Sequence record: PZ386967.1
Source of the DNA: a phage
Length of the DNA: 64,000 nt
Strand: one strand, 5' to 3'
The notes below the pieces were generated by a model. The model saw nothing but the letters and a program-made list of their open reading frames with translations. It was not told the origin of the DNA and did no database searches. Each line of letters opens with the position of its first letter. The stretch's first letter is position 1. Of the stretch, positions 25,131-35,355 are shown piece by piece. The translations under genes were made by a program, and so were the position numbers.

Positions 25131-27413
25131 ATGATTAACGTTATAAAACGTGACGGATCTTCTGTCCCATTTGATATTGAGAAACTACACGCAGTCGTAG
25201 ACCGCGCATGTGATGGCCTGTCTGGTGTGTCAATGTCAGAGGTGATCGCTGCATCGAAGATTCAGTTCACCGACAACATGAGAACAGATCGCATTCAGGA
25301 TATCCTCATCCAGGCTGCGGCTTCACTGATCTCTGTAGAGAAACCCAACTACCAGTATGTGGCCGCTCGCCTGAAGTCATATGATCTGCGCAAGGCTGTC
25401 TATGGCCAGTACAAGCCGCCTCACCTGCTGGACATCTTCGTCAAGAACATCAAACAGCGCGTGTATGATCGTGAGTTCCTTGATCTCTACACGACCGAAG
25501 AGTTCAACGAGCTGAACGATGTTATTAACCACAAACGTGACAAGAACTTCACGTGGGCGGCCATGGGCCAGCTGACAGAGAAGTATCTGCTGCGCGACCG
25601 TTCCAAGAAAGACAGCAAGATCTTCTATGAAACTCCACAGGTCATGTACATGGGCATCGCCATGGCGTTGTTCTCCAACTGGGACAAAGCCAGCCGCCTG
25701 GAGATGGTGAAAAAGTTCTATGAATATGCCAGCACAGGCAAGTTCAGTCTTCCCACCCCGATTATGGCAGGTGTTCGTACTCCTACCCGTCAGTTCAGTT
25801 CCTGTGTGTTAATCAAGACGGATGACACCCTGAACTCTATCAACGCAACAGCCAAGACCATCGTTGACTATGTGTCCAAACGTGCGGGTATCGGCTTCGA
25901 TGTCGGGGCAATCCGTGGGATTGGTAGTCCTATTCGCGGCGGAGAGATGGTTCACACAGGCCTGATCCCGTTCATCAAGTATCTCACTGGGGCACTCAAA
26001 TCGTGCTCTCAGGGCGGCATTCGTGGTGGTGCAGCAACAGCGTACATCCCTCTGTGGCATTACCAGTTCGATGACGTCGTTGTTCTGAAGAACAACCGTG
26101 GTACTGAAGAAAACCGCGAACGCCGTATCGACTATGGCATTCAGATCAACCGCGTGATGTTTGAGCGCCTGGTTGCCAAGCAGCCTCTGTATCTGTTCGA
26201 CCCGAAAGACAACCGCGAAATGTATGAAGCATACTTCGCTGACGTTGACAAGTTCCGTACTCTGTATGAGAACATGATCAAGGCCGCTGATGCTGGTTTG
26301 GTTCGTGCTAAAAAGTTGCAGGCAGAAGAGGTGTTCCAGATGCTGTTAGACCAGCGTTCAGACACAGGCCGCATCTACATCGCATTTGTCGATCACATGA
26401 ATGAATACAGTCCATTCAACCTAGACACGATTTATTCTTCAAATCTTTGTTTAGAAATCGCCCTGCCGACCCGTGAGTTTGAGCAGTACAACGATGAAAA
26501 CGGGCGCGTGGCTCTGTGCACCCTGGCTTCCTTCAACCTGACAGCGTTCGAAGATCCTACGGAAATGGAAGACGTGGCGTTCGTGTTGGTGTCTGCGCTG
26601 GACATGCTGTTGGAATATCAGGACTATCCAGCGATTCAGGCTCGCAAGGCTGTTGAAGACTATCGTCCTCTGGGTGTTGGTATCGTGAACGTGGCTCACT
26701 TCCTGGCCAAGAACTTCACGGGCTATGGCTCACCAGCTGGTCTTGAAATGCTGGATGCGTGGATGGCACACCTGCACTTCTATCTGGTCAAGGCGTCCAA
26801 CCGTCTGGCCATGAAGTTCGGGGCGTGTAAACGCAGAACCATCCACAATAATGGGCAGGTCACCGCCGACCTTCAGCCGCTTCCACTTGATATCCTACCA
26901 AATGGCAAGAAGCCAGAAGGGATGGCATACGGGCTGGATTGGGATGAGTTGAAGGATAATCTGAAGACCTATGGTATCCGCAACGCCACTCTGCTGGCAG
27001 TAGCCCCTACCGAAAGCTCCTCACAGGTCCTCAACGCAACGAACGGCATTGAGCCACCGAAGGGCTTGGTGAGCATCAAGGGTAGCAAGGACGGCACTTA
27101 TAAGCAGGTCGTCCCGGACGTTGAGACCCTTGGACCGATGTATGACCTCAAGTGGGACCTGGACTGTATTGAGTACCTGAAGACCGCTGCTGTCATCCAG
27201 CGCTGGGTTGACCAGTCCATCAGTACCAACACGTGGTATGACCCAGAGAAGTACCCTGACAGCAAGATCCCTCGCGCCAAGATGATGCAGGATATCCTGT
27301 CGTTCTATATGTGGGGTGGCAAGACTCTGTATTACAACACAAACAAGGACGCCAAGGAAGACGAAGAGCTGAAGCAGGCTGAGGAAACTCAGTGCGATAG
27401 CTGTGTTGTATAA
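25131..27413 (+). CDS. nrdA: Ribonucleoside-diphosphate reductase alpha subunit (class Ia) with ATP-cone
   Basis: N-terminal VIKRDGS ATP-cone; 760 aa; C-terminal Cys pair CDSCVV. Confidence 0.9.
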   Translation: MINVIKRDGSSVPFDIEKLHAVVDRACDGLSGVSMSEVIAASKIQFTDNMRTDRIQDILIQAAASLISVEKPNYQYVAARLKSYDLRKAVYGQYKPPHLLDIFVKNIKQRVYDREFLDLYTTEEFNELNDVINHKRDKNFTWAAMGQLTEKYLLRDRSKKDSKIFYETPQVMYMGIAMALFSNWDKASRLEMVKKFYEYASTGKFSLPTPIMAGVRTPTRQFSSCVLIKTDDTLNSINATAKTIVDYVSKRAGIGFDVGAIRGIGSPIRGGEMVHTGLIPFIKYLTGALKSCSQGGIRGGAATAYIPLWHYQFDDVVVLKNNRGTEENRERRIDYGIQINRVMFERLVAKQPLYLFDPKDNREMYEAYFADVDKFRTLYENMIKAADAGLVRAKKLQAEEVFQMLLDQRSDTGRIYIAFVDHMNEYSPFNLDTIYSSNLCLEIALPTREFEQYNDENGRVALCTLASFNLTAFEDPTEMEDVAFVLVSALDMLLEYQDYPAIQARKAVEDYRPLGVGIVNVAHFLAKNFTGYGSPAGLEMLDAWMAHLHFYLVKASNRLAMKFGACKRRTIHNNGQVTADLQPLPLDILPNGKKPEGMAYGLDWDELKDNLKTYGIRNATLLAVAPTESSSQVLNATNGIEPPKGLVSIKGSKDGTYKQVVPDVETLGPMYDLKWDLDCIEYLKTAAVIQRWVDQSISTNTWYDPEKYPDSKIPRAKMMQDILSFYMWGGKTLYYNTNKDAKEDEELKQAEETQCDSCVV

Positions 27414-27482
27414 ATTGGTCTAAACCTACTACCGTTATATCATCAGGGGTGAGAGATCACCCCTATTCATCAGGAGTTCTAT

Positions 27483-27776
27483 ATGTTCCAAACGTTATTG
27501 TTAGTCCCTGGCCAACCAGGTATCTTGCTCGAACACAACAGCAAAATGGAAGCGGAGAATGTTCTGCGCAACGTGAAGGTGGCCACTGCTTGGCACAACG
27601 GCGGCGAAGTCACGGCTATCCCGTTGAACTACACGGATCCAATGGATACTGTGAACCGTACTCACATCCTTCTAGACCTCAGCAAATTACCTGCAGACAA
27701 ACGCCGGGATTTTGTTGTTAACATCAAGAATTACATTACCACCGAACAGATCAAACTCCACGAAGGCAAGGCATAA
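27483..27776 (+). CDS. Hypothetical small protein between nrdA and nrdB
   Basis: 97 aa ORF, partly overlapped by the nrdB N-terminal extension frame. Confidence 0.35.
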   Translation: MFQTLLLVPGQPGILLEHNSKMEAENVLRNVKVATAWHNGGEVTAIPLNYTDPMDTVNRTHILLDLSKLPADKRRDFVVNIKNYITTEQIKLHEGKA

Positions 27777-27777
27777 C

Positions 27778-28881
27778 ATGAGCGAACAGAAACAATTCTC
27801 CGTATTCGACCCAAGCTCCGATAACACTGGTCTGCCGTTCTTCGGTGACCCAGTGAGCATTCAGCGTTACGATGTCGTGGCCTGGCCATTCGTACAGAAG
27901 TGGTATGAGAAAGGTCTCAGTCAATTCTGGCGTCCTGAAGAGGTGGACATCACCAAGGACAAGGCAGACTTCGCTACTCTGAACGAAGCAGAGAAACATG
28001 TCTACTTCAGCAACCTGAAGCGCCAGACCATGCTGGACTCTATCCAGGGTGCGGCTCCGTTCGAGGCGTTTGGTCCATGGGCGTCTACCCCTGAAATGCA
28101 GTTTGCTGTCCTTGAATGGACGCGCCAGGAAGCCATTCACTCTTTATCTTACACCCACATTTTGCGCAATACTGTGAACGATCCAGGTATTGTGTTTGAC
28201 CACGTACTGGATGTTGTGGAGATCGTGGACTGTGCTCACCAGATCAGTGTGTACTACGATGACATGGTACAGTACAGTGGCATGCGTATGGCCGGACGCA
28301 TCTTCACCCGAGAAGATCTGATGAATGCCAAACGCGCATTCTGGCGTGCTCTGTTTGCTGCCAACACACTGGAAGGCATCCGCTTCTACGTGTCCTTTGC
28401 ATGCTCTTGGGCATTCACACAGTTCCAGAAGAAGATGGAAGGCAATGCCAAAATCATTCGACAGATCGCCCGTGATGAGCAGGATCACCTGATCCTGACC
28501 CAGACGCTGCTAAACCGCCTGCCTGGTATGGACCCTGACTTTGCAATCATCCGTGAGGAACTGCGTGGTGAGATGACCCAGATGTTCCTGGACGTGGTTC
28601 ATCAAGAGAAGGAGTGGGCGAACTACCTATTCAAAGACGGTTCCATCCTGGGGCTGAACGCCAAGATCCTTCATCAGATGGTAGACTGGCTGGCAACCCA
28701 CCGAATGGGCGCTATCGGGCATCCATATCCCGGTGAACCTCGCAAGGAGAACCCAGTCCCATGGATTAATGACTGGCTAGATAATAAGGCAATGCAGTAC
28801 GCGTTGCAGGAAGCGGAAGCTCCTGATTATCTGATGGGTGTACTGACTGGTTCGGTATCCGATGGCCTCAAATTCGCTTAA
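27778..28881 (+). CDS. nrdB: Ribonucleoside-diphosphate reductase beta subunit
   Basis: Start trimmed to MSEQKQFSVF; ferritin-like di-iron motifs (EAIHS, EGIRFY). Confidence 0.9.
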   Translation: MSEQKQFSVFDPSSDNTGLPFFGDPVSIQRYDVVAWPFVQKWYEKGLSQFWRPEEVDITKDKADFATLNEAEKHVYFSNLKRQTMLDSIQGAAPFEAFGPWASTPEMQFAVLEWTRQEAIHSLSYTHILRNTVNDPGIVFDHVLDVVEIVDCAHQISVYYDDMVQYSGMRMAGRIFTREDLMNAKRAFWRALFAANTLEGIRFYVSFACSWAFTQFQKKMEGNAKIIRQIARDEQDHLILTQTLLNRLPGMDPDFAIIREELRGEMTQMFLDVVHQEKEWANYLFKDGSILGLNAKILHQMVDWLATHRMGAIGHPYPGEPRKENPVPWINDWLDNKAMQYALQEAEAPDYLMGVLTGSVSDGLKFA

Positions 28882-28890
28882 AGGTGAGAA

Positions 28891-29115
28891 ATGATTACTA
28901 TCTATTCCAAACAAGGTTGCGCTCAGTGTGTAACAGCCGAAAATCTGTGCAAAATGAAAGGGCTGGAACACAAGATCCTCAAGCTGGACAAAGATTACCG
29001 GCTGGAAGAACTTCAGCAGTTGACGGGTAAGCCGCGCGTGTCGATGCCTGTAATCGTCCTCGCTGACCAGACCGTGACCGACGTTAATGGACTCGCCGCC
29101 AGCCTTAAACGCTGA
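28891..29115 (+). CDS. Glutaredoxin-like redoxin (NrdH/NrdC-type)
   Basis: 74 aa with CAQC active-site motif immediately after nrdB. Confidence 0.7.
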   Translation: MITIYSKQGCAQCVTAENLCKMKGLEHKILKLDKDYRLEELQQLTGKPRVSMPVIVLADQTVTDVNGLAASLKR

Positions 29116-29122
29116 CAAGCCA

Positions 29123-29170
29123 AAGCCCCTCAATGAGGGGCTTTACTTCTATAATCCCTGCGCTTATACT
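29123..29170 (+). promoter_or_regulatory. Terminator hairpin plus early-type promoter TTTACT-N17-TATACT
   Basis: AGCCCCTC-aat-GAGGGGCT hairpin then promoter; coordinates approximate. Confidence 0.45.
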
Positions 29171-29221
29171 TCCCAGTAATTCATTGGCATTCGCCACAAA
29201 TTGAACAGCAGGAACTATATC

Positions 29222-29461
29222 ATGACCGACTCTGAAGTCTACGACACCTCAATGAAATACCACGCCATGACAGCCAAACGCGGCTGTGCTGCTAACAAGG
29301 CATATTGGATAGGTGAACTCAGAACCCTCCGCGCCGTGGTCAACCACGAAATCATTATGAATCACGACAACAACGGTCAAGGTAAAGACCGAGAAGAATT
29401 GAAGGTTGCTCGTGAACGTCTTCGCTTTGGTCTGACCAAAGCCCTTGAATATGTGAAATAA
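29222..29461 (+). CDS. Hypothetical protein
   Basis: Start trimmed to MTDSEV after CAGGAACTATATC leader. Confidence 0.5.
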   Translation: MTDSEVYDTSMKYHAMTAKRGCAANKAYWIGELRTLRAVVNHEIIMNHDNNGQGKDREELKVARERLRFGLTKALEYVK

Positions 29462-29472
29462 GGAACTATATC

Positions 29473-29934
29473 ATGACAAACAAAGTACTCACCAACCCAC
29501 TGCACAACTTCGGTTACATTCAACTCCCTCTGGTGATCGACACCCTGTACGCCGACGACAAAGAAGAGATCTGCTGGTCACCCACCGCACTGATTGAACG
29601 CGAAATCTTCAAGTCTGTTGTTGATGTCATGTTCCGTATCGGTCGCAATGGACCTCTGGTCTACCTCGGCAAGGTGACTGAGTTGAAGACAAGCCACAAC
29701 GAACGCTTCCTTCGTATCGATACAACGGGGTGCTCTCATCAGGACTTCAACACATTGCGCAATTATGTTCTGGTCAACCGCCCGGTCAGTCAACACCGCC
29801 CGTATCTGACGTCAATGCACATCGACAATTTCATCACCGACGTACACCTCCGCGCCGAAACCCTCCATGAAGAGGAAACAGGCCGAGCTATCGACACAGT
29901 CTTAAATATGGTTGTGATCACCCTGGCGGAGTAG
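29473..29934 (+). CDS. Hypothetical protein
   Basis: ATG preceded by AAGGAACTATATC leader. Confidence 0.5.
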   Translation: MTNKVLTNPLHNFGYIQLPLVIDTLYADDKEEICWSPTALIEREIFKSVVDVMFRIGRNGPLVYLGKVTELKTSHNERFLRIDTTGCSHQDFNTLRNYVLVNRPVSQHRPYLTSMHIDNFITDVHLRAETLHEEETGRAIDTVLNMVVITLAE

Positions 29935-29939
29935 TCCTC

Positions 29940-30290
29940 ATGCAAGATTACAAAGAGTTGAGAATGCAGCTGGCAGTCCCCATACCAGACAAAGGTTTAT
30001 ACCAGAACCTGCATCATCTGATGTCTGAAGGGCATATGCTGCCCTTGCGGTCTGAGGATGGATCTCAGATCGGTTATGCCACCAGTTGCGTGGTCTACGA
30101 CAAACCAGGAGACGAAGAGCGCGGAAAGGTCAGTGTGGGTTCCAGATTTGTGTTGAACAAGAAGCTGGAGGGATCAGTGGTTGACGTCAGGCCGATGATT
30201 ATCCTCTACCAATTCAACGGCAAAGAAATGTTCAGGTTATTGAGCCACTTCATGTTAGTCGTGGCTCCGGCATTCAGGACGAAATTCTAA
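29940..30290 (+). CDS. Hypothetical protein
   Basis: ORF close-packed after upstream gene. Confidence 0.4.
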   Translation: MQDYKELRMQLAVPIPDKGLYQNLHHLMSEGHMLPLRSEDGSQIGYATSCVVYDKPGDEERGKVSVGSRFVLNKKLEGSVVDVRPMIILYQFNGKEMFRLLSHFMLVVAPAFRTKF

Positions 30291-30667
30291 TTCGTCCTTT
30301 TCAACCACACGGTGTCTGTTATTGGATCTGGATTGTTGACCACATAGAATGTGATGGTCACGCCCAGAGAGTGGTAATCCTCTGACAGACTCACCGTGAC
30401 TTCTTCTACCTCTGCTCTGGGTTCATACAGGGCGATGGCGTCCTCTACTTTGTTCTTCACATCTACCTGGATAGTCGGTGTCGTGTTTTCACCCAGCAGC
30501 CCATAAAGTCCCGCGCCGATCCCAGGATAAGTGGGCCAGTCCCCGACTGAAGACATGACGATATTCCGCACGGATTGTAAGACAGCATACACACCTGATT
30601 TCATGGTGACATCTTTGGTCACCGGATGCATGCCGAACTTCAGATCGACATCTTTATACTCTTTCAT
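30287..30667 (-). CDS. 25: Baseplate wedge protein gp25-like
   Basis: YEPRAEVEEV and VNNPDPI match T4 gp25 YEPRI and IDNPDDI regions from memory. Confidence 0.7.
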   Translation of the reverse strand: MKEYKDVDLKFGMHPVTKDVTMKSGVYAVLQSVRNIVMSSVGDWPTYPGIGAGLYGLLGENTTPTIQVDVKNKVEDAIALYEPRAEVEEVTVSLSEDYHSLGVTITFYVVNNPDPITDTVWLKRTN

Positions 30668-30740
30668 TTCGCGATCCTCTCAGGATGCCTATAAGGAGCA
30701 GAGAGACGTGCTGTCCCTCTGCCACTAAACTTATACCAAC

Positions 30741-32351
30741 TTACTCTTTGGTGCCGAAATTACCACCATTGTCTTTTAATTCTGCCTTGATGTCAATCTC
30801 ACCCGGACCCGTAGGGGATGCAGGGGTTGCACCTGACAGAGAAGAAGCGCGACCAGCACCTTCGGCATATATGATGTTACCATTGATCGTCTGAGCGACA
30901 GTCAGTTTGTCAGCGATTATCTCAGTCGTTAGAATCTTAGGAACCTTCAATGTCCCACCGACCTCCAGAGTCTCGCAGATAATGCGCAGAATATTCTGCG
31001 CTTGCATTTCCGCTAGGTCACTGAATTTCATCAGCGCTGTGCCCGCAACCACGTTGGAGTAATTGTTGGAATGCAAATGATAGACCTCACCTGTCTTGCG
31101 CTGAACTTCAGTTCCTTTGACCGTCAGGTTGTGGTCCCCGCCGACATAATAACGCTTGTTGAACATCGTCAGGTCATAGTGGTCTTTGACGGACTTGTTG
31201 ACCACATCACCATCCGGCAACATTTGCTTGTAAGACCCAGACTTATGCATCCAGTGAAGACGTTCACCACCAGGGGTGTCGTCCACTTCCATAATATGCC
31301 CAGCTCGGGACACCATGACGTTATTGTACGGGTATTTAGATCCACCCGCAGCCGGAACCATGGTTTCTCCAGTGTTGTCAATATCCTGTACTCGCCCAGT
31401 AGGAGCCGGAGTCGGTTGTTCCTTTGGGGTACGATCTGGGATAGGTTCTGACCATTTACCATTCTGCTGCGCAGGCGCGGCTGTGGCTGTGTTAGCAGGA
31501 CCAGGCCAACGATATCCCAAGACCGAAGAACGTCTGAAACGACTGACCTTCACTGAATCGGATTGGTTGCCACCAATACACCAGACATAGTTTGCATCGA
31601 ACTTCTGCACAAACGCTACGTGTCCAAATGTGGGGTTGTTACCACGCCGGAAGACTACGATAGCGCCATATTGTGGTGCTGACAGTGCAGTACCCCATGT
31701 AAGGTAAGATCGGGCAAGAGCGGAGCGTGTAGACGTGTATCCAGCCTGTATCATAACCCAACCCACGAACGCCGCACACCACGACACTTCATCTTCAGAA
31801 GCACCAAGGGAGGTTGTCTTGTGATATTCTATAATGCGCGGGTTGTTGTTGAACTTTCCGGCATACTCCTTGATACCTAATTCGCCACGAGCGATTGTCA
31901 TCCACTTCTCTGGATCATACCCACCAACAGGTGGTTGTGGATCTGGTTGTGGTTCGTCTTCTTGTTTCACAGGAACGTCAGTGACAGCGTTGTACGCCTG
32001 ACGTTCTACAGATTGAACGACCTGCCCGAGAGCCAGTGGGTTTGTGTCGGCGCCATCAGTAGGACTTGAACCAGTCCAAGTCCAGGTGATGCGTAAATTC
32101 TGGTATGCTTCGTCAAGGGCGAACCCCATAACCTCAGTACCAGGAATGATACCCGTTGGAGACCAACCTAAACCAGCAGAGGAGGCGTTAGAAGCAGGCA
32201 TCAGTACCTTCGCCCACGGGAGTTTGTCTGTAGGCAGGAGGACGGGATCGTCGGTGTGTACGCCATAGATGCGGACGGCGACGCGCCCGTTTTGGTCTGG
32301 ATCGTTGACATCTTCAACGGTGCCGTAAAACCATCTCATATTGTCTAACAT
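30741..32351 (-). CDS. 5: Baseplate central spike gp5-like with CHAP peptidase domain
   Basis: N-terminal OB-fold spike motif (VEDVNDPDQNGRVAVRIYG); central CHAP-like Cys/His pair (SWCAAFVGWV and GHVAFV). Confidence 0.7.
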   Translation of the reverse strand: MLDNMRWFYGTVEDVNDPDQNGRVAVRIYGVHTDDPVLLPTDKLPWAKVLMPASNASSAGLGWSPTGIIPGTEVMGFALDEAYQNLRITWTWTGSSPTDGADTNPLALGQVVQSVERQAYNAVTDVPVKQEDEPQPDPQPPVGGYDPEKWMTIARGELGIKEYAGKFNNNPRIIEYHKTTSLGASEDEVSWCAAFVGWVMIQAGYTSTRSALARSYLTWGTALSAPQYGAIVVFRRGNNPTFGHVAFVQKFDANYVWCIGGNQSDSVKVSRFRRSSVLGYRWPGPANTATAAPAQQNGKWSEPIPDRTPKEQPTPAPTGRVQDIDNTGETMVPAAGGSKYPYNNVMVSRAGHIMEVDDTPGGERLHWMHKSGSYKQMLPDGDVVNKSVKDHYDLTMFNKRYYVGGDHNLTVKGTEVQRKTGEVYHLHSNNYSNVVAGTALMKFSDLAEMQAQNILRIICETLEVGGTLKVPKILTTEIIADKLTVAQTINGNIIYAEGAGRASSLSGATPASPTGPGEIDIKAELKDNGGNFGTKE

Positions 32352-32685
32352 ATTGAGTTCCGGTTGTCAAACAAGGATTTGAAGGTATTTATGCGCAGCT
32401 GATTTTGCCTTATATACTATAGGAAGCTCTGCTTCCGTTCATTTTATTTGTTTTATTCGATCCTATTCGCTTCGCTCATCAAACCGCCCTATGCGGGCAG
32501 CACCATTCCAATGCCATGGAGGCATAAGGGCGAGGCAATAACTGTACACCCCAGAACACTCCTTGAAAAATGGTATTTTACTGACAATCTGATTCAAAAC
32601 AGACAAACACCAACAAATGACTCGGGAACAAGCCCATTATAGCAATTTCAGGTAAAAAGAGCGCGTGTTAACCGATTTTACAGTT

Positions 32686-32716
32686 AAGCCAATAAAAATC
32701 CCGCCGAAGCGGGATT
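32686..32716 (-). terminator. Rho-independent terminator for the minus-strand gene ending at 32864
   Basis: AATCCCGC-ttcg-GCGGGATT followed by TTTTTATT on the minus strand; coordinates approximate. Confidence 0.5.
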
Positions 32717-32863
32717 ACTGTTTCTTAGACAACCTGACCTTGAGGGCTTCGGTTAACAAGTCAAGATGCCATGGCATCGACTCGTTGATTTCAAATATGC
32801 TATAGCCGTGTAACTTCAATTCATCACACATCACGAAGTAGGATAATAAATCAGTTTCAAACA

Positions 32864-33670
32864 TTAAATGAAAATTTCATTAATACTATTGAATTCGATT
32901 TTGTGCTCCTTACCACATTTCGGACACTTGATCGAACTCTTGTAGTGGATGCGCGGTATTTTATGGAAGAAGTTCTTCGTAATGCTGTCAATAACATCTG
33001 ATTCGATGTTATCCTTCACCCACTCAACAAACGCTTCTTTCACACGGCGGCGCTCAGTAGCCTCTTCCGGAGTGATTCCGATTTCTTCAGGATTCTCAAC
33101 CTTCCACACCTGACCGTCATCATCGTACAGACAGTCGATAAAGGTGGCCAGCATCATCTCAACGCTTGCAGCATCAGACAGTGCCGTAGCGTCCGAGAAG
33201 GAAGGTTGGCGCATCTTGAGGTGATATCCACCTGGCAGGTCAAACGTCTCCCGGAAGCCGTCCTGAGCAATGCATTTGACGTTGTTCAACGGGATAGGTA
33301 GAGTCAGTTCCTGCTCACAGGGAACCATCTGGTGCTTTTCTTGACCATCTCCCAGATCGATCGTTTCTTCAATCTGATTATTGCACTTATAACGAATCTT
33401 CATCAATTCACCGATGGAGATCATGCGCATGCGGATGAACACTTCCTCAACAACGCCGATTGGCAGTTTACTGAAAGGTGCGCCTGCATTTACACACTCG
33501 CTAAAGAGACTCTCCATCATGGCCGCGCGTTCTTCAATCGGCGTTTGCGGATCTGACACCTGAAGTAATAAAGTTTGTTGCCCCGCAGTAAAGGCGCGAT
33601 ATTTGATCACAGTAGGCCAAAAGTCGCTTTTATATGTCTTTTCTGTTCTGGGCAATGATGGTAAATTCAT
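32864..33670 (-). CDS. Hypothetical protein with C-terminal CxxC motif; possible baseplate-associated by position
   Basis: Start trimmed to MNLPSLPRT with GGAG RBS; C-terminal KCPKCGKEHK. Confidence 0.5.
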   Translation of the reverse strand: MNLPSLPRTEKTYKSDFWPTVIKYRAFTAGQQTLLLQVSDPQTPIEERAAMMESLFSECVNAGAPFSKLPIGVVEEVFIRMRMISIGELMKIRYKCNNQIEETIDLGDGQEKHQMVPCEQELTLPIPLNNVKCIAQDGFRETFDLPGGYHLKMRQPSFSDATALSDAASVEMMLATFIDCLYDDDGQVWKVENPEEIGITPEEATERRRVKEAFVEWVKDNIESDVIDSITKNFFHKIPRIHYKSSIKCPKCGKEHKIEFNSINEIFI

Positions 33671-33713
33671 AATGTATCTCCACGGTATATTGTAAGAGTA
33701 ATTATAACGAGGA

Positions 33714-34244
33714 ATGAAAATGCGCGGATTTTGTTTTAGTGAAATAGGCAAAGAACTGTCTATACAATATCCCGATCCCAACACAGACTTCTTTATCTTC
33801 CTGACTGATTATGCCAAGAAAGAGAATATCCTCCATGTGGCAATGAAACACGAAGATTATAAGTTCTGTCGGCTGGGTGTCAAAGACCTGCTGCGTTATG
33901 GTCTACAAGTGGTCATTGTAGACCCATACTACAGCCCTATCGACGATGAAGAAGTTCTACCCGTATATGTTCACCGCAACATCAATACATTGGAAAAGCA
34001 TTATCCAGATTGTATTGTCATCGGCGAACTCATCTCGTATTATCATCGTGTGCGAAAGCTGGAACAGATTAAAAGTTATTTTCAAGAGGGTGTTGGTCAA
34101 TATAAGATGAATGCCCTTAGTAGTGGATGGATGGTGCTGTCTTCAGCAGGCAGTGCTGACTATATTAAGATGCGTGTCTACCAATACGTTGTGGAGCGCG
34201 ATTATGAACTGGAGAAAAGTAATGCAAAACGAAAAACCCGTTGA
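33714..34244 (+). CDS. Hypothetical protein
   Basis: Divergent from the minus-strand gene across a 43 bp gap. Confidence 0.45.
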   Translation: MKMRGFCFSEIGKELSIQYPDPNTDFFIFLTDYAKKENILHVAMKHEDYKFCRLGVKDLLRYGLQVVIVDPYYSPIDDEEVLPVYVHRNINTLEKHYPDCIVIGELISYYHRVRKLEQIKSYFQEGVGQYKMNALSSGWMVLSSAGSADYIKMRVYQYVVERDYELEKSNAKRKTR

Positions 34245-34713
34245 ACGTGCTCCGATTGAGGAAGTACAACAACACGTCCTGGACCTTATGAAACACACAG
34301 TTTCTGATGCCGAAGGTAAAGTGCCGGATGAGTTCATCGGTGCGTTCGATCAGGTGGCTTTCGATACAGAGGGAGTTCCTTTGATCCAGACGATCGCTGG
34401 TATGGTTTTGTTTGAACCAAAAGCAGTAGAAAATGGCGTAATCGTCTACTCAGCCAACATCGGTGTGGACGGTGAGTCCCTGTCTCTCGAAGTTAGCAAC
34501 ATTGCTAAGTACCTGATCAAGTGTGGTTATGATCTGCAGGTTGTGACAGCCCACTACATCGATCCTCAGGGACAGATCTCCTACGGTGATGAAGCGCGCA
34601 AAGTGAAACGCCACATCGACACTACCGTGATCCTGCAGAGTATCCAACAGATGCAGAAGAACCTGGACCACCCTGGTCTGATCCTACCTGATAGCAAAAT
34701 CATCACCCGTTAA
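34222..34713 (+). CDS. Hypothetical protein
   Basis: Start trimmed to MQNEKP with GGAGAAAAG RBS. Confidence 0.45.
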   Translation: MQNEKPVERAPIEEVQQHVLDLMKHTVSDAEGKVPDEFIGAFDQVAFDTEGVPLIQTIAGMVLFEPKAVENGVIVYSANIGVDGESLSLEVSNIAKYLIKCGYDLQVVTAHYIDPQGQISYGDEARKVKRHIDTTVILQSIQQMQKNLDHPGLILPDSKIITR

Positions 34714-34764
34714 CCCGGCGTAAATAGCCCATACACCAATGAAACTTCGTTATGGGCTATTTAC

Positions 34765-35355
34765 ATGAAATATTGCGGAATCGACTACTCCTATGGCTGT
34801 CCATCCCTGTGCTTCTGGGATGACAAAGACCCTCTTGATTTTGATCATCTGCGCTTCTACGCATATTATACTGTGGAGAAGTACTGCACTCAGATTCGTC
34901 AGAATATCCTTATCATGAAGCAACCGAAGTGGGAGACCCCAGAAGAACGCTTCTATAACATCTGTAAATGGGCTGAGGCTGTCCTGTTGACTGAGAAGCC
35001 GGATGTGATCACTCTTGAAGGGTATGCTATGGGCAACTCTAAGAACTCCAACAACATATGCCAGACCGCAGAGAATACCTCACTGTTGAAGCAAGCCCTG
35101 CGCCGTAACAATTTCGACTTCCAGATCGTGACGCCATCCCATGTGAAGAAGATGTTCACCGACAAGGGCAACGCGGATAAACACGCCATGATCGCTCACT
35201 TCGAGTCGCTGTTCAATGTTAATATGCGCGGTATAATGGATATGTTGGAAGTTAAGGATCCTAAGCCAATCGATGACCTCGTGGATTCGTTTGCGATAAT
35301 GGCTTGTGGCTCTTACTTCATTGAGAATAATCCAGACTTCAACAGAGGTATATGA
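34765..35355 (+). CDS. Putative RuvC-like Holliday junction resolvase
   Basis: N-terminal GIDYS, mid TLEGYAMG and C-terminal DSFAIMA follow the RuvC D/E/D acidic-residue layout. Confidence 0.4.
   Translation: MKYCGIDYSYGCPSLCFWDDKDPLDFDHLRFYAYYTVEKYCTQIRQNILIMKQPKWETPEERFYNICKWAEAVLLTEKPDVITLEGYAMGNSKNSNNICQTAENTSLLKQALRRNNFDFQIVTPSHVKKMFTDKGNADKHAMIAHFESLFNVNMRGIMDMLEVKDPKPIDDLVDSFAIMACGSYFIENNPDFNRGI

Noticed and set aside
32448-32642. 64-aa + strand ORF in the non-coding island upstream of the spike gene
   Set aside because: No RBS, atypical composition, and it sits in a region bearing minus-strand regulatory signals; more likely non-coding.
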